From Neophaeotheca triangularis (lineage: Eukaryota): a stretch of 64,000 nt of DNA. A program made the translations under genes and the position numbers. The stretch is from positions 558,001-622,000 of the forward strand of contig BAAIJX010000006.1 of assembly GCA_054600435.1 (NCBI GenBank), written 5' to 3'. The notes below the pieces were generated by a model that did not search any database, was not told where the DNA came from, and saw only the letters and a program-made list of their open reading frames with translations. This document shows, piece after piece, positions 1 to 13,564 of this stretch (positions within the stretch are counted from its first letter, which is position 1; each line of letters begins with the position of its first letter).

Positions 1-852
1 AAGCACGACTGGACCATCGGGTAGCAGCAAGTGAGCAGCGGTGGTGCGGTGGTGCGGGTGCTTCATGGCAGCTTGTGAGGTGCAGGTGGTGCCTCTTTTG
101 GCGTGCTATAAGGTATGTAAGCGCCGGGGTGTTAGTGCCATGCAGGGTCTGGTCTGCCAATCACAGCGGGGAAGCCAGCAAAGACGACGAGTAGACTGCC
201 AGCCTCCCTGAATCCTGATCGACAGCTCAGACGACATACATGTCTTGTTGAACAATGGCCTGACTTCGCATTCGCTCACGAATCACTTGGGTCAGTCTCA
301 CCGACCATCTCAGTTATTCTTAATGAATTTCGAAGTCGACATGTCTTCGTACTTCTCGAAGAGTTGCTCAAGCGCTGTGACGATCTTCCATTGGCATCTA
401 CCACTCGTCACGGAGCAACAGATGGATTGGATATCTTCTCGCTAATTCGGGTTGTGCTTTGTGAGAATCTGTTGCTCGCCTAATGACAACGACTACCTAC
501 CTCTCCATCACACCTGAGAGCGCTCTGGTCTCCTGCGTCAATGCTTCAGGCGATGCCTTGACTCTTCCAGCTAACAAATTGAGCGAGCAAGGCAGACGGA
601 AATTCACCACTCTCGCAAAGAGTGGTGCATCCTGATCGGCGCATCTTCCATCATTTAAGCACATGCCCGCCAAGTCGAATCGTCATTCACACACGCCTCG
701 TAGGCTCCGTCCAGACTCTCCGTTTCGAGACACCTCCATCGCAATCCAACATATCTCCGAACTCCTTCAGCACAGCCACCCGGATCATTCCAATTGTCTC
801 TTTCAGATGACTTGCGTCGAGACACACCCAAGTCAGCGCCGGCATGATCCAC

Positions 853-1524
853 TCACGGTTGGATACTAACACTCTTTCGATTTATGCTCCGTCGCTCATC
901 GAGTTCGTCCGTCCAATGCTGATCCTCTATGCGTTCCAGCGTGGCTTCATCTACCGCATCCCTCGAGAACATATCCTTTAACGCAAGCTTCACACGCTCG
1001 CCGAAATTGGGTGTGTGCCTCTTGCGAGTGGTGGTAGATCGCTTTCCCAGATCCTGTTGATGTGTCTGCCGATGTCTCGATTGTCTGTGATCCTCAGTTC
1101 GACTGGACATTGTTCCAGGGAATTGATGCGGTTCTGGGGAAGCTGTCGAGAGGCTTGGAGAGCTTCTAGCGACTATTGTTGGTGAGACGACGACCGCTTT
1201 GTCGGATGGAATTGCCAGGTAGACGTGCGTTTCGTATGGGGCAACCTCTGGCTCACGAGTGGAATCGCTAGTCAGTCTAGATGATAGGGATGTGGTCCCG
1301 CTCACGCTGGCGACCTTGGTGTGAGCATCTTGGACGCTAGAGATGGTGGAGTTTCGAATCGTTCGACCTGGGGTGAACTCGATGTCGATTTCGGATGATG
1401 ATGCTTTGATGTCGTTTCTGGCGTCGACTATCAGTTTTTCCAGGCAATTCGGACGAGGTAGTGCGTCATGTTCCGACTTGAAGGCCTTCCATTCCGTCGA
1501 ACCTGTGCTCTTCAAATACTCCAT
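853..1524 (-). CDS. Hypothetical protein (~223 aa from first internal ATG; 5' end uncertain)
   Basis: Long open frame 853..1800 with first real ATG at 1524 (MEYLKSTG). S/T-rich middle; C-terminus FGERVKLALKDMFSRDAVDEATLERIEDQHWTDE. A GTAAGA donor near 1755 suggests a possible upstream exon. No family recognised. Confidence 0.4.
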   Translation of the reverse strand: MEYLKSTGSTEWKAFKSEHDALPRPNCLEKLIVDARNDIKASSSEIDIEFTPGRTIRNSTISSVQDAHTKVASVSGTTSLSSRLTSDSTREPEVAPYETHVYLAIPSDKAVVVSPTIVARSSPSLSTASPEPHQFPGTMSSRTEDHRQSRHRQTHQQDLGKRSTTTRKRHTPNFGERVKLALKDMFSRDAVDEATLERIEDQHWTDELDERRSINRKSVSIQP

Positions 1525-4218
1525 TGGTTTGTGTTCTCCCGTTCGCTGAATAGAATCTGGGCCGGCCGGATATTGTCTGCAAGCAGTTGCTGTGAGGGTA
1601 TTTAGTTCGCTATATATCGAGTAGCTCTCCCTTGGGAGTTTCGTCGTGGAAGTCCTCAGAGAGAAACAACAGCGGTGGCACAAACTCGTGCAAATAGAAT
1701 AGAAAAGCGTGTTTTGACTGTGTCGCGAAATGAGCAGCGCGCACTGCCGTCTTACCTGGGTCACGGTAGGTGCTGTGAGGAATGAGAGACACACGACCAC
1801 GGCCGTAATTTATGAGCAGGCTGCGAGGTTTCCATGTTTGTAAGGTACCGGAGTACAATTGCGTCTTCGTGTGCGGGAGCGCTTCTACAGACAGGCCGTG
1901 TCGCTATATTTGAAGCATACAGCTGACTGCTGATCTCGTTAGACGCCTTGAAGGAGAGAGGATGTCTCTCGCTGTTGAGTCAGGTGAGGGCTGAAGGACA
2001 CAGTGGTAGAATCTGTATGATAGGTTGGTCGATGCATGAGCGGCAGGCCTAAGAGCAGAAGGCAGAAGGATGAGGTAGCCGACCAATCACGGCAGGTCAA
2101 ACACCAATGCGAGTGGCCTGTTGAAGTAGCTCCTTCGGTTTCGTATGATGAACAAAAGTATTGCTATGAACAGTTAAAAGGCTCATATTCGGGGATATGG
2201 CAAAGCAATGTGGTTGACGCTATAGGATCACGAGAGCATAGTCTTGATCCTCGCGCAAGGGTCTGGGCGCTTGGAGGCCAAAGTAACTGCATTTATGGGC
2301 TCTTTCTTGATTCGGCATTCAAAGACAGACCAGCGGCTCATGGGCAGATGTCGTTGTTGGAGATGGAAGTTTGATCTATGCAGCGCATGCGTATGGACGG
2401 GTCGTTAGATGTTGAGCACGTTTAGGTGAAGTTGTGGTGTTGGTGTTGGCGTCGCTGTTGTCCTTGTCGGCTCTCTCGGAGGTCAACGTTACATATTACC
2501 TAGGTACTAGTACTTACCTTATAGTCTTCAAGTCCATCATTTCGTCCAGAAACTTAAGGTATGTACTTATTACCTCCTAGCAGCGAGCTATCGATCCGTA
2601 AGCCAGTTCATTTGCCGCCTTGGCAATCCATGACCCAAAACCTCCACTGTACCTTACCGTACCTTTCCAATGTACTGTACCTCTATCGGCGCCAACGGGA
2701 CCAGGCCGCCTCCCACGCCTACCTAACCTCCTACTCCAGACTTCCCTTTCCAGATTTTGCGTACCAAAAGTTTCCAACATGGCGACTTGGCCAGTACCAA
2801 ACCTTCAGAACTGCCGGGGATACTCGCAACAATCATCTTCAAGCTGGCCCACAACAGCCTTGTCCAACATTCTGCTGAGCGTGGTGTACCTCCTTACTGT
2901 ATTTGATGCCATGAGGGCCATGCCTACGCCAAAGCACCTACTAACCTAGGTAGCCTCGAGACTCGAGACTCGAGCGGTGACGAGGTTGCATTCGGTCCAT
3001 TGGCTAAGGTGGGTTTCTAGAGGAATGAACCTTAATGACTGCGGTACGCCGGTACACCGTAGAACTAGAGACGGTACAACAAGTGCTGTTCCAACTTGTT
3101 CCGACCGGAAGAGCGACATGATCGCTGATGAGTTCTGACTCGAAACAGTTCCGAGTCCTCTCGAAAACCTTCCTCGTGCTCGCGAGCATCGACCGCTCCA
3201 ACCTCCAAAGCTCCAAGTGATGTTTCCAAGCGAATGTAGGACCCCAAATATGGACGCGTAGCTGCCAACCCATACCATCACGAAAGACAGCATTCTTCCC
3301 AGTTGGGCTTTCCTGACCTTGCTGGTTATAAAAACGTACTAGGTTCTGGCTCGACGTCGCTTGCGTCAATAAATTGCCATGCCCCAGACATACGGACTTG
3401 CCTGGCCTTGCCATCTCTAGCAGCACTACTACTACCGGGGCGCCATAGACATTCCATTTGAGTTCATATCCTTTAGTTAACTGGAATCCCGTCTTTGCTA
3501 GAGCGCTCCAGGCGCTCGAGGCGCTCGAATACCGTGGCCTATCACGTGTCCGCACAATCAACCCACCAGCAGGCTCAATGCGGAGTTAGAAGCGGGGTTT
3601 GGCTTCGCGGGAACAGCCTTGTAGTCGAAACTAACGAACACAATATCTTGTGATTGGGTCTCTGACTCTACAAAACCTGGCTTGAAGAAAGAAACCGAGG
3701 CCCGTCACCACACTCGAGGCAAGCTCACTCCGCATGGAGTAGCAGATTGGCTTTACGATCTCCAGGGCCCGGCGCTCATCCACCACACACGACCTCGCGA
3801 GCAGCTGCCAGTGAACCGCGGAGGTCAGCATGGGAAGGGCAGGATGGGTGATGGCGGAACTTAGCTTGCCTCGGCCATGAGGCTTGCGATCCTCTTCTGG
3901 AAGCCAAGACCAGTAGGCAAGCCAGTCCACGAGCCTCGACTGGACGGACTTCTGGTCTGTACTTGAGGACGTACCTCTTCAGAGGTATCTCGGGTGGCTA
4001 GACCGAGGGGCGGCTCATCAGTTGGAGTGCGAAGGTTCAGCGTTAGTGGGATGTATGGGGAGAGCGAGGCAGATACTTAAGGTAGGATGGTGACCACGTT
4101 GTCTCCTTTCTTCCCCAGTATCGCAACCCAGTCTTCCAACAAGTCCTCCAAAAAAAAATCCCTTGTCATCTCACCACACTCGCTTAGGCTCTATAAAGAC
4201 CTTTTCAACACCATCATC

Positions 4219-4883
4219 ATGCAGTACCGCTACGCTCTCGTCGCCGCCGCCATGGCTGGCGTTGCCTCCGCTCAAGCCGCCGAGCTCCCAGAGTGCGCGG
4301 TAAGTCCAACATCATCCTCAATAAGCCCTCCACCCTACGATGAAGCAACCACTAACGCAACCACCAGCTCCAATGCTTCATCTCCGCCATCGGCGAGACC
4401 GACTGCGACCTGACCGACTCCTACTGCACCTGCACCACCGGCCAGGCCACCATCGAGGCCTCAGTCGTGCCCTGCCTGTGCGACAGCGAGTGCAGCCCCG
4501 ACGAAATCGACCAAGTCAACGCCTACGTCGAGTCGACCTGCACGACCGCTCTCGAGGCCGAGGGCGAGACGTACGAGGCCTCGACCCCACCGGCCTGCCC
4601 CGGCGCCGACGCTTCCGAGACCGAGGAGGACGCTCCCGAGGAGTCCGCCGCTCCCGTTCCCGCTCCCACCGAGGAGGACGACTCCGACGCCGTTGCGACC
4701 GAATCCGTCGTCGCTGTCGAGACTGAGACTGCGGTCGTCCCTGTGCCCGCCGGCACTGCTTCTGCCACTGGCGCCGTCCCCGCTGCGTCCAGCCCGCCTG
4801 CTGAGTTCGAGGGCGTTGCCGCTTCCAACGGTGCCGGCTTTGGCCTTGTTGCCGGTGTTGCCGCTCTCGCTTTCGCTTTGTAG
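4219..4883 (+). CDS. CFEM-domain GPI-anchored cell-surface protein (198 aa, 2 exons)
   Basis: Exons 4219-4299 and 4368-4883; intron GTAAGT...CTAAC...CAG. Signal peptide MQYRYALVAAAMAGVASA; CFEM pattern LPECALQC..DCDLTDSYCTC..VVPCLCDSEC..VESTC; acidic/Ala/Thr stalk; GPI-type tail FEGVAASNGAGFGLVAGVAALAFAL. Confidence 0.9.
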
Positions 4884-5581
4884 AGACGGATGTCGGAGTG
4901 AAGTGGAGTTGGGTTGGGATGGATGGGTAATGAAAGGAGAGGGGGGTGCATAGATGGTTGGATGGATGATGTGACGATTACCGAATTGTAAATAGGTATC
5001 ATTTCGTAACGCTTTTTTTTCCTTACTTGACTATAGATTCCATCCTCCAGTCGGTCTTACTCACTTTTGCTTGTCTTGCTACTACTTTCCTTGCTTAACT
5101 ACCGCCTCCGCAATGTCGCACTTGGCTGTCTTTCCAATGTAGTAAAGTAGGTGAACTCCACGGTCTACCTCGTTAGCCTTGGCTGTCTCGGCCAGTAAAC
5201 TCGAGTCACAGTTTGAACGGCTGAATACCTCATAGGTGAAGTAAAATCCTTGATAGCATTCATTGCAGATATGTGTGCACCTCGCCACTCCAGACCTTGC
5301 TGGGTTTCCAGCCCCATGGCGCATATTCACAATTGAAATTGCCCAACCAGGTCAAAAGACGCCCCCGACGCCGCTCTTAGCCAGATGACGAGCATTCCAC
5401 CCAAAGGATCCAATGGCTTCGTCGGAAAAAGACGCCACTCTTGCCCAAAAGATACCTCCCACCCGATAACTGCATCTGGCAGAAACGCGACACGCACGCC
5501 TCCCTACCTTCGCACGCAGGACATGAAACGTGATACCGACCAAACCTCCCAAGCCCACAAAAGCAAAACTCAACCCCCCAA

Positions 5582-6700
5582 TCAAAACCCCATCCTCTTC
5601 ATGCCCCCCTTCTTCCCCTTGGCAGCAAGATCCACCCCGTTAACAATCTCAATCATCTTCTCCTCGCCCAGCTGGTCAAAAGCCGTCGAGCTGAGCACTT
5701 CCCACATCTTGCCGGCGTTTTGCGCGATATCGCCGTCCAGACTGCGGGCGAAACCTCGTCGCAGCGCTGAAATGAGCGTCGGTGAGGTGCCGTGGATTTG
5801 TCGTTCGTCCATGTACGCGATTTCGGAGCAGAGGGCGCTGGAGGCAGTGCGTTAGCTTGCGCCGGTTTGCGGTGGGTGTCTGGGGTAGTGGCTCACCGCA
5901 CTGCCCAGTTTTCTTTTCGCTTCTCGGCGGGGATCTCAATCCCTTGCTGCTGCTGCTGCTGCTGCCGCTTCCCGGCTTCCAGCATGCTGACGAAGAAGTC
6001 CGGGCCGTGCACCAGCATCATCTCCTCGCAGCACAGCTCGACTTCGCAGCGCGATTCCTCGTCCCCGAGTCCGCTGCCGATGCCCATTGCGCCGCGGGAG
6101 AGTTTGACGGGCTCGGCGCCCCAGGTGCGAAGGATGCGGACGCCGCTGACGAGCTTGAACATCAGGCAGGCTAGCGTCGTCGCTGGCCAGGAGGCGAGCA
6201 TTGCTAGCCGTTGATCGTGGGTTGGTGTGTCTTGGAGGCGGTAGAGGAGGAGGAGGCCCGCTTTGTGGATGTGTTCCCAGCGGCCTGTGGTTTGGGTGGT
6301 TAGAAAGGGGGGAGGAAGGTCTTTGGTTTTCAGGGGGGAAAGGGGGCCAGATGTCACCTTTCAGCCAAGAGAGGTCGGGTGTGTTGCTTGTGATGTGCAG
6401 CCAGTGGGTGTGGACGAGATGGAGAGTTTGCAGGCGCGAGTGCAGCTGGCATAGGCTGTCGTAATCTTTTGTTGGCAGGGATGGGTAGAGTTGGAGGGTG
6501 TTTGGGGGCAGGGCTTGGTGTTTGATGGCGCGGACGAGAGTGGTTTCGTGGGTGGTGATGAGGTCGTGGAAGGTCCTGCAGGTCAAGGCCAGGTTCCGGA
6601 TTGTGTCTGGGTGGTACTCGACTAGGGGGATCATGTTGAGGAGGAGCTCTGGGGGCAGGCTTGTGAGGGTGGGTTTTCTTGGTGTTGAGGTTAAAGTCAT
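5582..6700 (-). CDS. F-box domain protein (328 aa, 3 exons)
   Basis: Exons 6700-6358, 6284-5897, 5837-5582 join three track ORFs in frame. N-terminal F-box-like LTSLPPELLLNMIPLV...IRNLALTCRTFHDLI; short polyQ near the C-terminus. Confidence 0.72.
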
Positions 6701-8060
6701 AATGTCTGATGTTGGCGCTTTCCAGTGCTTGTTCTTCCGTGGGTGTTGATGTTGGTAGATGAGTTGGAGGGATAAATAGGTCTCGTAGTTTTGCCCTCGT
6801 GGTAGGGACATGGTGGCCAGATAATAGCCATGTCATATGGTATAGCTACCTACCTAAACCTGGAATACCTTGATCATTTGCCTACCTTGATGGGCGAATA
6901 ACAATGATGGAAGTGAATGATGGAATCGAGGGGCATTCGTTATGCTATCGATAGCACCCGATAGCACCCTGGTGGGTAAGAGGCAGGCTCTCCCACTAGC
7001 ACAAAGGGTGAATGGATAAGGTAGTCACGAGACGTGTTGGGTGCGTGTATCCCGTCCGGAGATGGTATAGTAAAGGTGATTGATTACTACCTTCCTGGCT
7101 AACCTTACTGTACGTACATAGGTACTTACCTCGACCTGCATGCACATGGAGTTACCTACCTAATCTTAGGCGCTCCATCAGCGCAATACCTCCATACCTT
7201 TTGCGGTTTTTAGGGCGTAGATGGGTCGATGATTAAGGAGAGTCTATGTACCGAGCTATGCGACTGAAGGTGACTTCGTCCGGTCTTGGCCGAGACGGGG
7301 GAATTCAGGCCTGAGGCATCAATAAAGCCACACTATGTGTTATATGGAGTCATGTGATACCTGATTGAGGATGGTCAACCAAACACTAACCCTATCCGAT
7401 TCAATCACAGATACGGAGATACAAGACTCGACGTCTAATAAAAAAGTCTAGAGCTGGCGCTGCCGATCCCCTTGTTGCGCTTGCGCACGGCCAAGCCTTG
7501 AGTTTGCAGCATCAATACTTACAGTACCTTAAGGTAGTTTCTTCTCCCCCTCGTCTTCTAGAGTGTGCTTGTCTACTACATTGTTTTGTTGCTGATTCGC
7601 CAACAAACCTATACTGCAGTGTCGACACTCGAGCAATCGCGGCTAGATATGGGTATTGGGCACCTTGGCATTGGCATAGTGTATACCTGTAGTAGCACAG
7701 CGACGAGCGGGCTACAAGCCTCCAGCTGTGGCGTACAAGGTTTAATAGAACGAGGCAATGACATAAACAAAGAGGGTTAAATACCTCTCCAGCTGCGAGG
7801 TACCTTGTGTTATTACCATGTATTACCCTGTTAAGGTGAGTTGGATGAAATCATTGAGATCTGCGCTGGGACTTGTGGAACCGTACTGTACGTGCCGTTT
7901 CCACTTCCGCGGCAACGCCGAAGACCGCTCGCTGTGACCACTGACAGCCCGTGAGAGGCAGCGCGAGAAAGGTCATCGTTGCTTGTTGCTTGACTTGACT
8001 TTTGACACGGACGGGAGCTTTGATCGTGCATCCATTACACCTCACCTCACCTCACCACGA

Positions 8061-8108
8061 CACCATCACCACCACCTCCACCACCACCACCACCACCACC
8101 ACCACCAC
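8061..8108 (+). repeat. (CAC)n trinucleotide microsatellite upstream of the 8471 gene
   Basis: Imperfect CACCACCAC tract visible directly. Confidence 0.9.
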
Positions 8109-8470
8109 AGACCCCTTCCCTCCCCCTTCTTACATTCTTCTTTGTTTGTCTGCGCCTCGCTGGCCGGCAGCCACTCACCACCGACCCCTTCTTGTCCACC
8201 AAAACAACCTGGTTATCCCTAGGTCCTACGCTATATCTGTTTCATCGTCACCAGCCAGTCGTCTCGAAGCTCGCCTCGTTTCATCCTCCGCCTTGACCCA
8301 TGTTCCATTTGACGCCAGCATTCCTTGCTACCGCGCACTCCTGCACCGTCTCTAATTCTTCCTCGCTCCTCACATCACTTCTACCACCTCCGGCGCAGGC
8401 TCGCCGTTGACTACTGCGACAACTACTGCGCGCTGGCTGAAAAACCCACACTGCCGCAAAAATGCCCAAC

Positions 8471-11400
8471 ATGTTCTCGCGACGGAGGGCGAGCTCTGCT
8501 CAGCCTGTATGCGCTCTTAAATCCCGCAACAAATACTGCTTTGTAGAGCGGTAATGACTCGCTGACACCTTCTCCCAGCCCGTCGACAGAGCTACCACTC
8601 AGAATGCTACAACCGCCGCCGCTCAGGCTTTCCTTGCCCGGCCCTCATCACAACAGGGCCAACTCTCTTCCTCCGCTGCCGCCGCCGCTCTTCGCTCCCA
8701 CACCACTTCGCCCGAACCTGTGGGGAACATACAGACGAAGCGCATGGTGCGCCGGTCGTCGCAAAACTCCGTCAATAGTGCCAGCGTCATTGGGAGCCCT
8801 GGTCGGGGAGGCATGGGTAGGGGCGGGCTTATCAGACAGAACAGCGCTAGCTCAATGACCGAGAGAACCTTTCGGAGCCCGAGCCCTAGCAATGCTCGCA
8901 ATGGCGCTATGAGTCCATCCTTCACCGATGCGCCGCGTGTACCGAAGCCTTCTGCCAACGCAAAAAGAACAAACAGATCGTCAAGCGTGGAACCTCCTGC
9001 TAGGGTCATCAGCCCGACGCCAACAAAAGGGCACAGAGGTGTGAGTGTGGACAGGGGAAATTCGGTTACAGCCGCTTCTACGACCCCAAGACAGAGGAAA
9101 AGACTGTCAGACCTGCCAGAGCTGGAGCGAGACGAAAGCAGCAATGCTGTCAATTCCTCGAAAAAACAACGCGCACCTGGAGACAGCAGTCCGGTTGGAA
9201 CAACTACCACGCGCAAATCGTCTTGGTTTTCTGGCGCTGAAGGTACCGCGGCTCCCAAGGTCAGATCGGCGACTTCTGACGGGGCTCTTACTCAAGCGAA
9301 GGTCCTACCTGCTGGGAATAAGAGTGCTGGCAAAAAGCAACGTAGCGCGCAGAGCGGTGAAGGCAGTCATCTTGGCAAGGCAAGTCGATCGTCTGATGTT
9401 GGTGGAGCAAGCTACGACGAAGATGATACCGTCATGGTCTACGACGCCAACTCGCGGTCCTTTATAACGAAGCCGCGAAGTTCACAATCGAATGTGCCGC
9501 CTTCCCCGGACTCTCCGTCCGTCGCTGAGACTGTGACAACATACGATCCAAGTTCGAGGACTGTCGTTACCAAGCCGAGAGCAACCCGAGCGTACTCTGA
9601 TGCAACCGCCAGTGCTTCCGATAGCGAAGCACCGCCTGTACTTATCCAGAAGCAGAGGAAGAAGCGGCCCGAAGTGACTCCCTTGGAGACTGATCTCGAG
9701 CCTCCACCTCGAAACCCTGCGCGAGTATCGTCAGGTAGTCCCACCTCGCCGCTGGGTCAAAGCTTAGCCAACAAGGCACCTTCAATCGTCGAGGAAGAGC
9801 CTGAAGAGGAAGAAGAGGCAGAAGTTGCGTCAATGCCAGCACAAATCACCCCAAAAGCGAGCAATCGTTCGGTTTCGAATACTGCTGGGCCTCCCAAGTC
9901 ATACATACAGCCTACGGCAACGCATCAGCGTTCCGTTAGCCTCGACGTCCCGAGATCGCCGGATGGCTCTGCCAGAGGCAGGAACAATTCCAGCAGCCCC
10001 TCCCGCTCGCTGCACTTCTCTTCCAACCCAATCATAGGAGGGATGAGGCATGTCCCACCTCCAAGGTCGATATCTCCGCAAAAGTCGGCAATGAAACAAC
10101 AACACTCGCCGGGCTCCTCGGTACGGACAGTATCCCCCATGGCGAACTTTTCCCCTCCGGCACCCAAAGCACCACCTAGCGACACCTCGGAGACCAACTC
10201 CCTCGACTCGCAGGATTTACTTGGTCCGAAGAAGAAAAAGAAGAGCGCGAGAGTCAGCTTCAATGACAAGCCTCCTGAGGTACTATCTCCGCCTGGCGAT
10301 TCCAAGCGTACAGCGCGTGAGATTTCACCAGCGGTCGATGACGACATGGATGAAGTGATGCAACCACGACCAGCCTTGCCCTCTTTCGGTAGTGTGCGCA
10401 AGAATGGTCGCCCTGAGATGGCTGAAAAGGTTACTGAGCAGCCACCGGATAGGCACGCGCAAGAACAACACAACAGCAGTGACCACATCGTGGGAGGCAT
10501 CTTAGCGAACCATCATGCCAAGCAACAAGAGCACGAAGATCGCCCTCTGCCGCCAGACGTGACAAGTAAGAGAGGGACGGGCGATATTACCGACGAGAGT
10601 GATGATGCTTTCGAACCGAACGCAGCCAGTACTCCCGCGCAGGTTTTGGAGATAGCTGATAGTGGCAAGGCTGGGGTGGAAGATTATGAAACAGGTCCAA
10701 ATGGTGAAGTGCCTGATATCAACTTACAGCCTCCCACCCCGGGTCTGGACGACGATGACAGAGATCTGACCGTCGATGACGATACTACTGGTACGATCGA
10801 TTCTCGTCATGCGGACCCTCCTGCCGAAGCAGACCCTCCTGCCGAAGCAGTCGAGGTGGTTGAGCCTAGCATGCCGGAGACTGCCGAGGAAGAAAAGACA
10901 GTCGTTCCCCCGACGCCAGTTGAAGTCCCATCTCCAATCGCAGCTACTACATCAACACAAGAAGCGAATCCTGTCTCGGTGCCGCAACCTGCCACGGTCA
11001 CCGGTGACAGGTGGCGTTACTCTGTACCCGGCGGATGGGACGAACCCGAGGAAGGCCCCGGTAAGACTGGGCCGGAAATCGCTACCCCTGATGCATCGAG
11101 ACAGCCCTCGACGTCGGAAACCTATACTGCTCCGTCGCCCGCCCAGGAGCGTGCGCTAGATTCCATCATGGACGAATCGGACGACAGCGAGGACAGCGCC
11201 ATGTTTAGCGATGCTGAGGAGGACCTCTCGTACCTTGATGACGGGGGGTTTGCCTCTCTTGATGCTATCGTCGAGAGTCCAGTTGTCAACGCTCCGTATT
11301 CCGAAGAACCAGACAACAGCCCGTCGCGTCGTCTTTCAAACAAGATTGCACAGAAAACTGCCGTAGACAACGATAAGCCACCGAGCAGCAAAGATTGGAG

Positions 11401-13378
11401 CGAGGCGACTGCTTACTGGTCGAAGCTCAGTAGGCAGCAAAAACTGCAAATTGAGCGTGAGGCCCTTTCTAGCGACGACGACTTGAGACCCCCACCGGTT
11501 GTTCGAAAGACTTCAAAGAAGAAGACGAGAAAGAGCACCGATGGCCCAAGCAAGACGGCCGTTGCACGGGATGAGGATGAGTACGAGCATGCGCCTGCGC
11601 CTGCGCCTCGCAAGACGGAAGCAAAGACCACCAACACACAGCCGAGAACTTCAAGCATGAGGTCTAGCATGCGGGGACCTCCACCGGAGCAACCCCAATC
11701 ACAGCAAGACGACGGTGAAGTGCATATCCGGAAATCGATGAGAAGTGGTGGTGGCGCTCCTCGCCAGAGAATGCAAAGAACACTGTCCAATGATTCTTCT
11801 GATTCGCGCCCTGCACCGCAGAAGAACGCCCGACCTCAATCCGCTGGTCAATTGACGAGCAGTGGTCTACCTGCGTCTGCCATGGGCAACGCAATGCTTC
11901 AGAATCAACGGAAGTCACAGCCGCCCCCGGCAAAACCCAAGTCGATGCGCGCCCCTGCGGCTCCGGCGCCGAAACCTGCTCCCAAACCTGCTGTCAACAA
12001 CGACTCCGATTCTGAAAGCAGCTTCCGCAAGAACCGCACCAAGCGTCGTCCAAGCAATGCCGCCGAGGAGGCGCAAGGCAGATACTCCATGAAGCGCAGC
12101 ATGCGTGGTGAATCCGCGGCCCAGCCCATGCCGGAGCAAAGGCCAACCTCGCCCACCCCGGCGACTCGTGGCAAAAGCGCATGGAGTATCCGATCACTCT
12201 CTCCTACGGGGTCAACCGCTGGTCGCAACAGGGAGAATCTTCGTCAAAGCATGCGAGGTAATTCCGTCGACGCTAGCGACTCGAGGAGTCTTCGTGGTGC
12301 TCCTCCACCACGTAGCGAAAGCAAGTCGCGCTTCAGCAGTTTCGGACGCTCGAGCAGATCGCAACCTCCACCCGCAGCGGCGCCGAGCAAGCCGCGCTTC
12401 TCTTCACGTTTCGGCAACGATTCCGACGACGAGAAAGACAACAAAGCTCGTGGCGGCCGTTTCAAGTCTCGTTTTGCTGATTCCGACGAAGAGAACGATG
12501 CTGCGCCGTCTGCGCCATCCACTCTGCCTCCCGTCCGAGGCATCCCTAGACCTCAAGGCCAAGATGACGGAGACTCAACGGAACTATCCGACGAAGAAAA
12601 CGAAAACGATGACTCAAAAAAGAGCAGCCGAAGACGCCAGAAACAAGCCAAACCTGGCGTCCCAGACCCTGCCGACGTGGAAAAAGCCATGGCCATTGCG
12701 CGCAGAAATTTGGGCATGAGCGAAGAACAAGCTTCTGTCTCCGGCACCGCTGCCCCCGGCCGCACCGGCTCAAACAAAGGCACAGAAGGCAAAGCTCTCG
12801 GCAAAGGCAGTCTCCGCAACGCCGCCGCCGACGAGCCAGAAGAAGAAGAAGAAGACCAACCCATGCCCATGGCAGCCAAGCGTCGCGGTTTTATGGGCAG
12901 CATCCTGCGCCGCAACCGCGGTAGCAGCACAAACTCGATCCCGCAACTCCCCCAGCAGCAGCAACAAGACGCCCCCGCCTCCCCATCCGGTGGGCGCCTG
13001 ACCCGTCGCGCTTCCCACGCCCGTACTTCTTCCATGACTAACAACCCCAAACCCTACGATTTGCAGCCCGATTTCGCTGCCAAGAGCAAGAAAACCACTT
13101 CGGCTGCTGCACCGCGTCCGGACCTGCCGGAGCCGCGCTCCTCGTACTCGCGCCAGCGACCCGCAACTAGCGGCGGTCTTGGTGGTGGTGGGAATGACAA
13201 CGTCAAGATGGCTCGCACGATGCGGCCGGAGGGTTTGGGGAGGAGTGTTAGTGGGTATGGGGCGTACGATGCTGGAGGAGGAGAAGGGGAGAGGGAGGAG
13301 CAGGCGGTTTACTCGGAGAAGACGGGGAAGAAGAAGAAGTTTGGGCGGTTGAGGAAGGTTTTTGGGTTGAATGATTAG
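8471..13378 (+). CDS. Large intrinsically disordered Ser/Pro/charged protein (1611 aa), possible eisosome scaffold Seg1/Sle1-like
   Basis: Exon 8471-8506 (MFSRRRASSAQP), intron 8507-8578 (GTATGC...CTGAC...CAG), exon 8579-13378 in frame with the 1552-aa track ORF. N-terminal AAAQAFLA...SSAAAAALRS; polybasic C-terminus KTGKKKKFGRLRKVFGLND. The gene is certain; the function is inference. Confidence 0.85.
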
Positions 13379-13536
13379 AAGGGTTTTGGGTGGACCGGAG
13401 GGGAATAGGGGAAGTGGTAATGTGTAATATTAGCTATTGGGTTTGGAGGTCCTTGTTGGGAGGGTTGAGAGGGGTGAGGACGGGGATGGCGGTGGAGATG
13501 AGGTTGTTAGGTGGCTTGATGGTTTGATCTACAGAC

Positions 13537-13564
13537 TTGATGTTGATGTTGATGTTGATGTTGA
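13537..13564 (+). repeat. (TTGATG)n hexanucleotide microsatellite
   Basis: ttgatg repeated four times plus a partial copy, downstream of the 8471 gene. Confidence 0.85.

Noticed and set aside
2561..3930. Several 100-185 aa overlapping ORFs
   Set aside because: No recognisable motifs, mostly non-ATG starts, and no consistent splice model.
7983..8355. Poly-His and poly-Thr ORFs
   Set aside because: These are translations of the (CAC)n microsatellite, with non-ATG starts, upstream of a real gene.
10814..10849. 18-bp tandem duplication (DPPAEA x2) in the 1611-aa gene
   Set aside because: An ordinary in-frame slippage in a disordered region, not an array.
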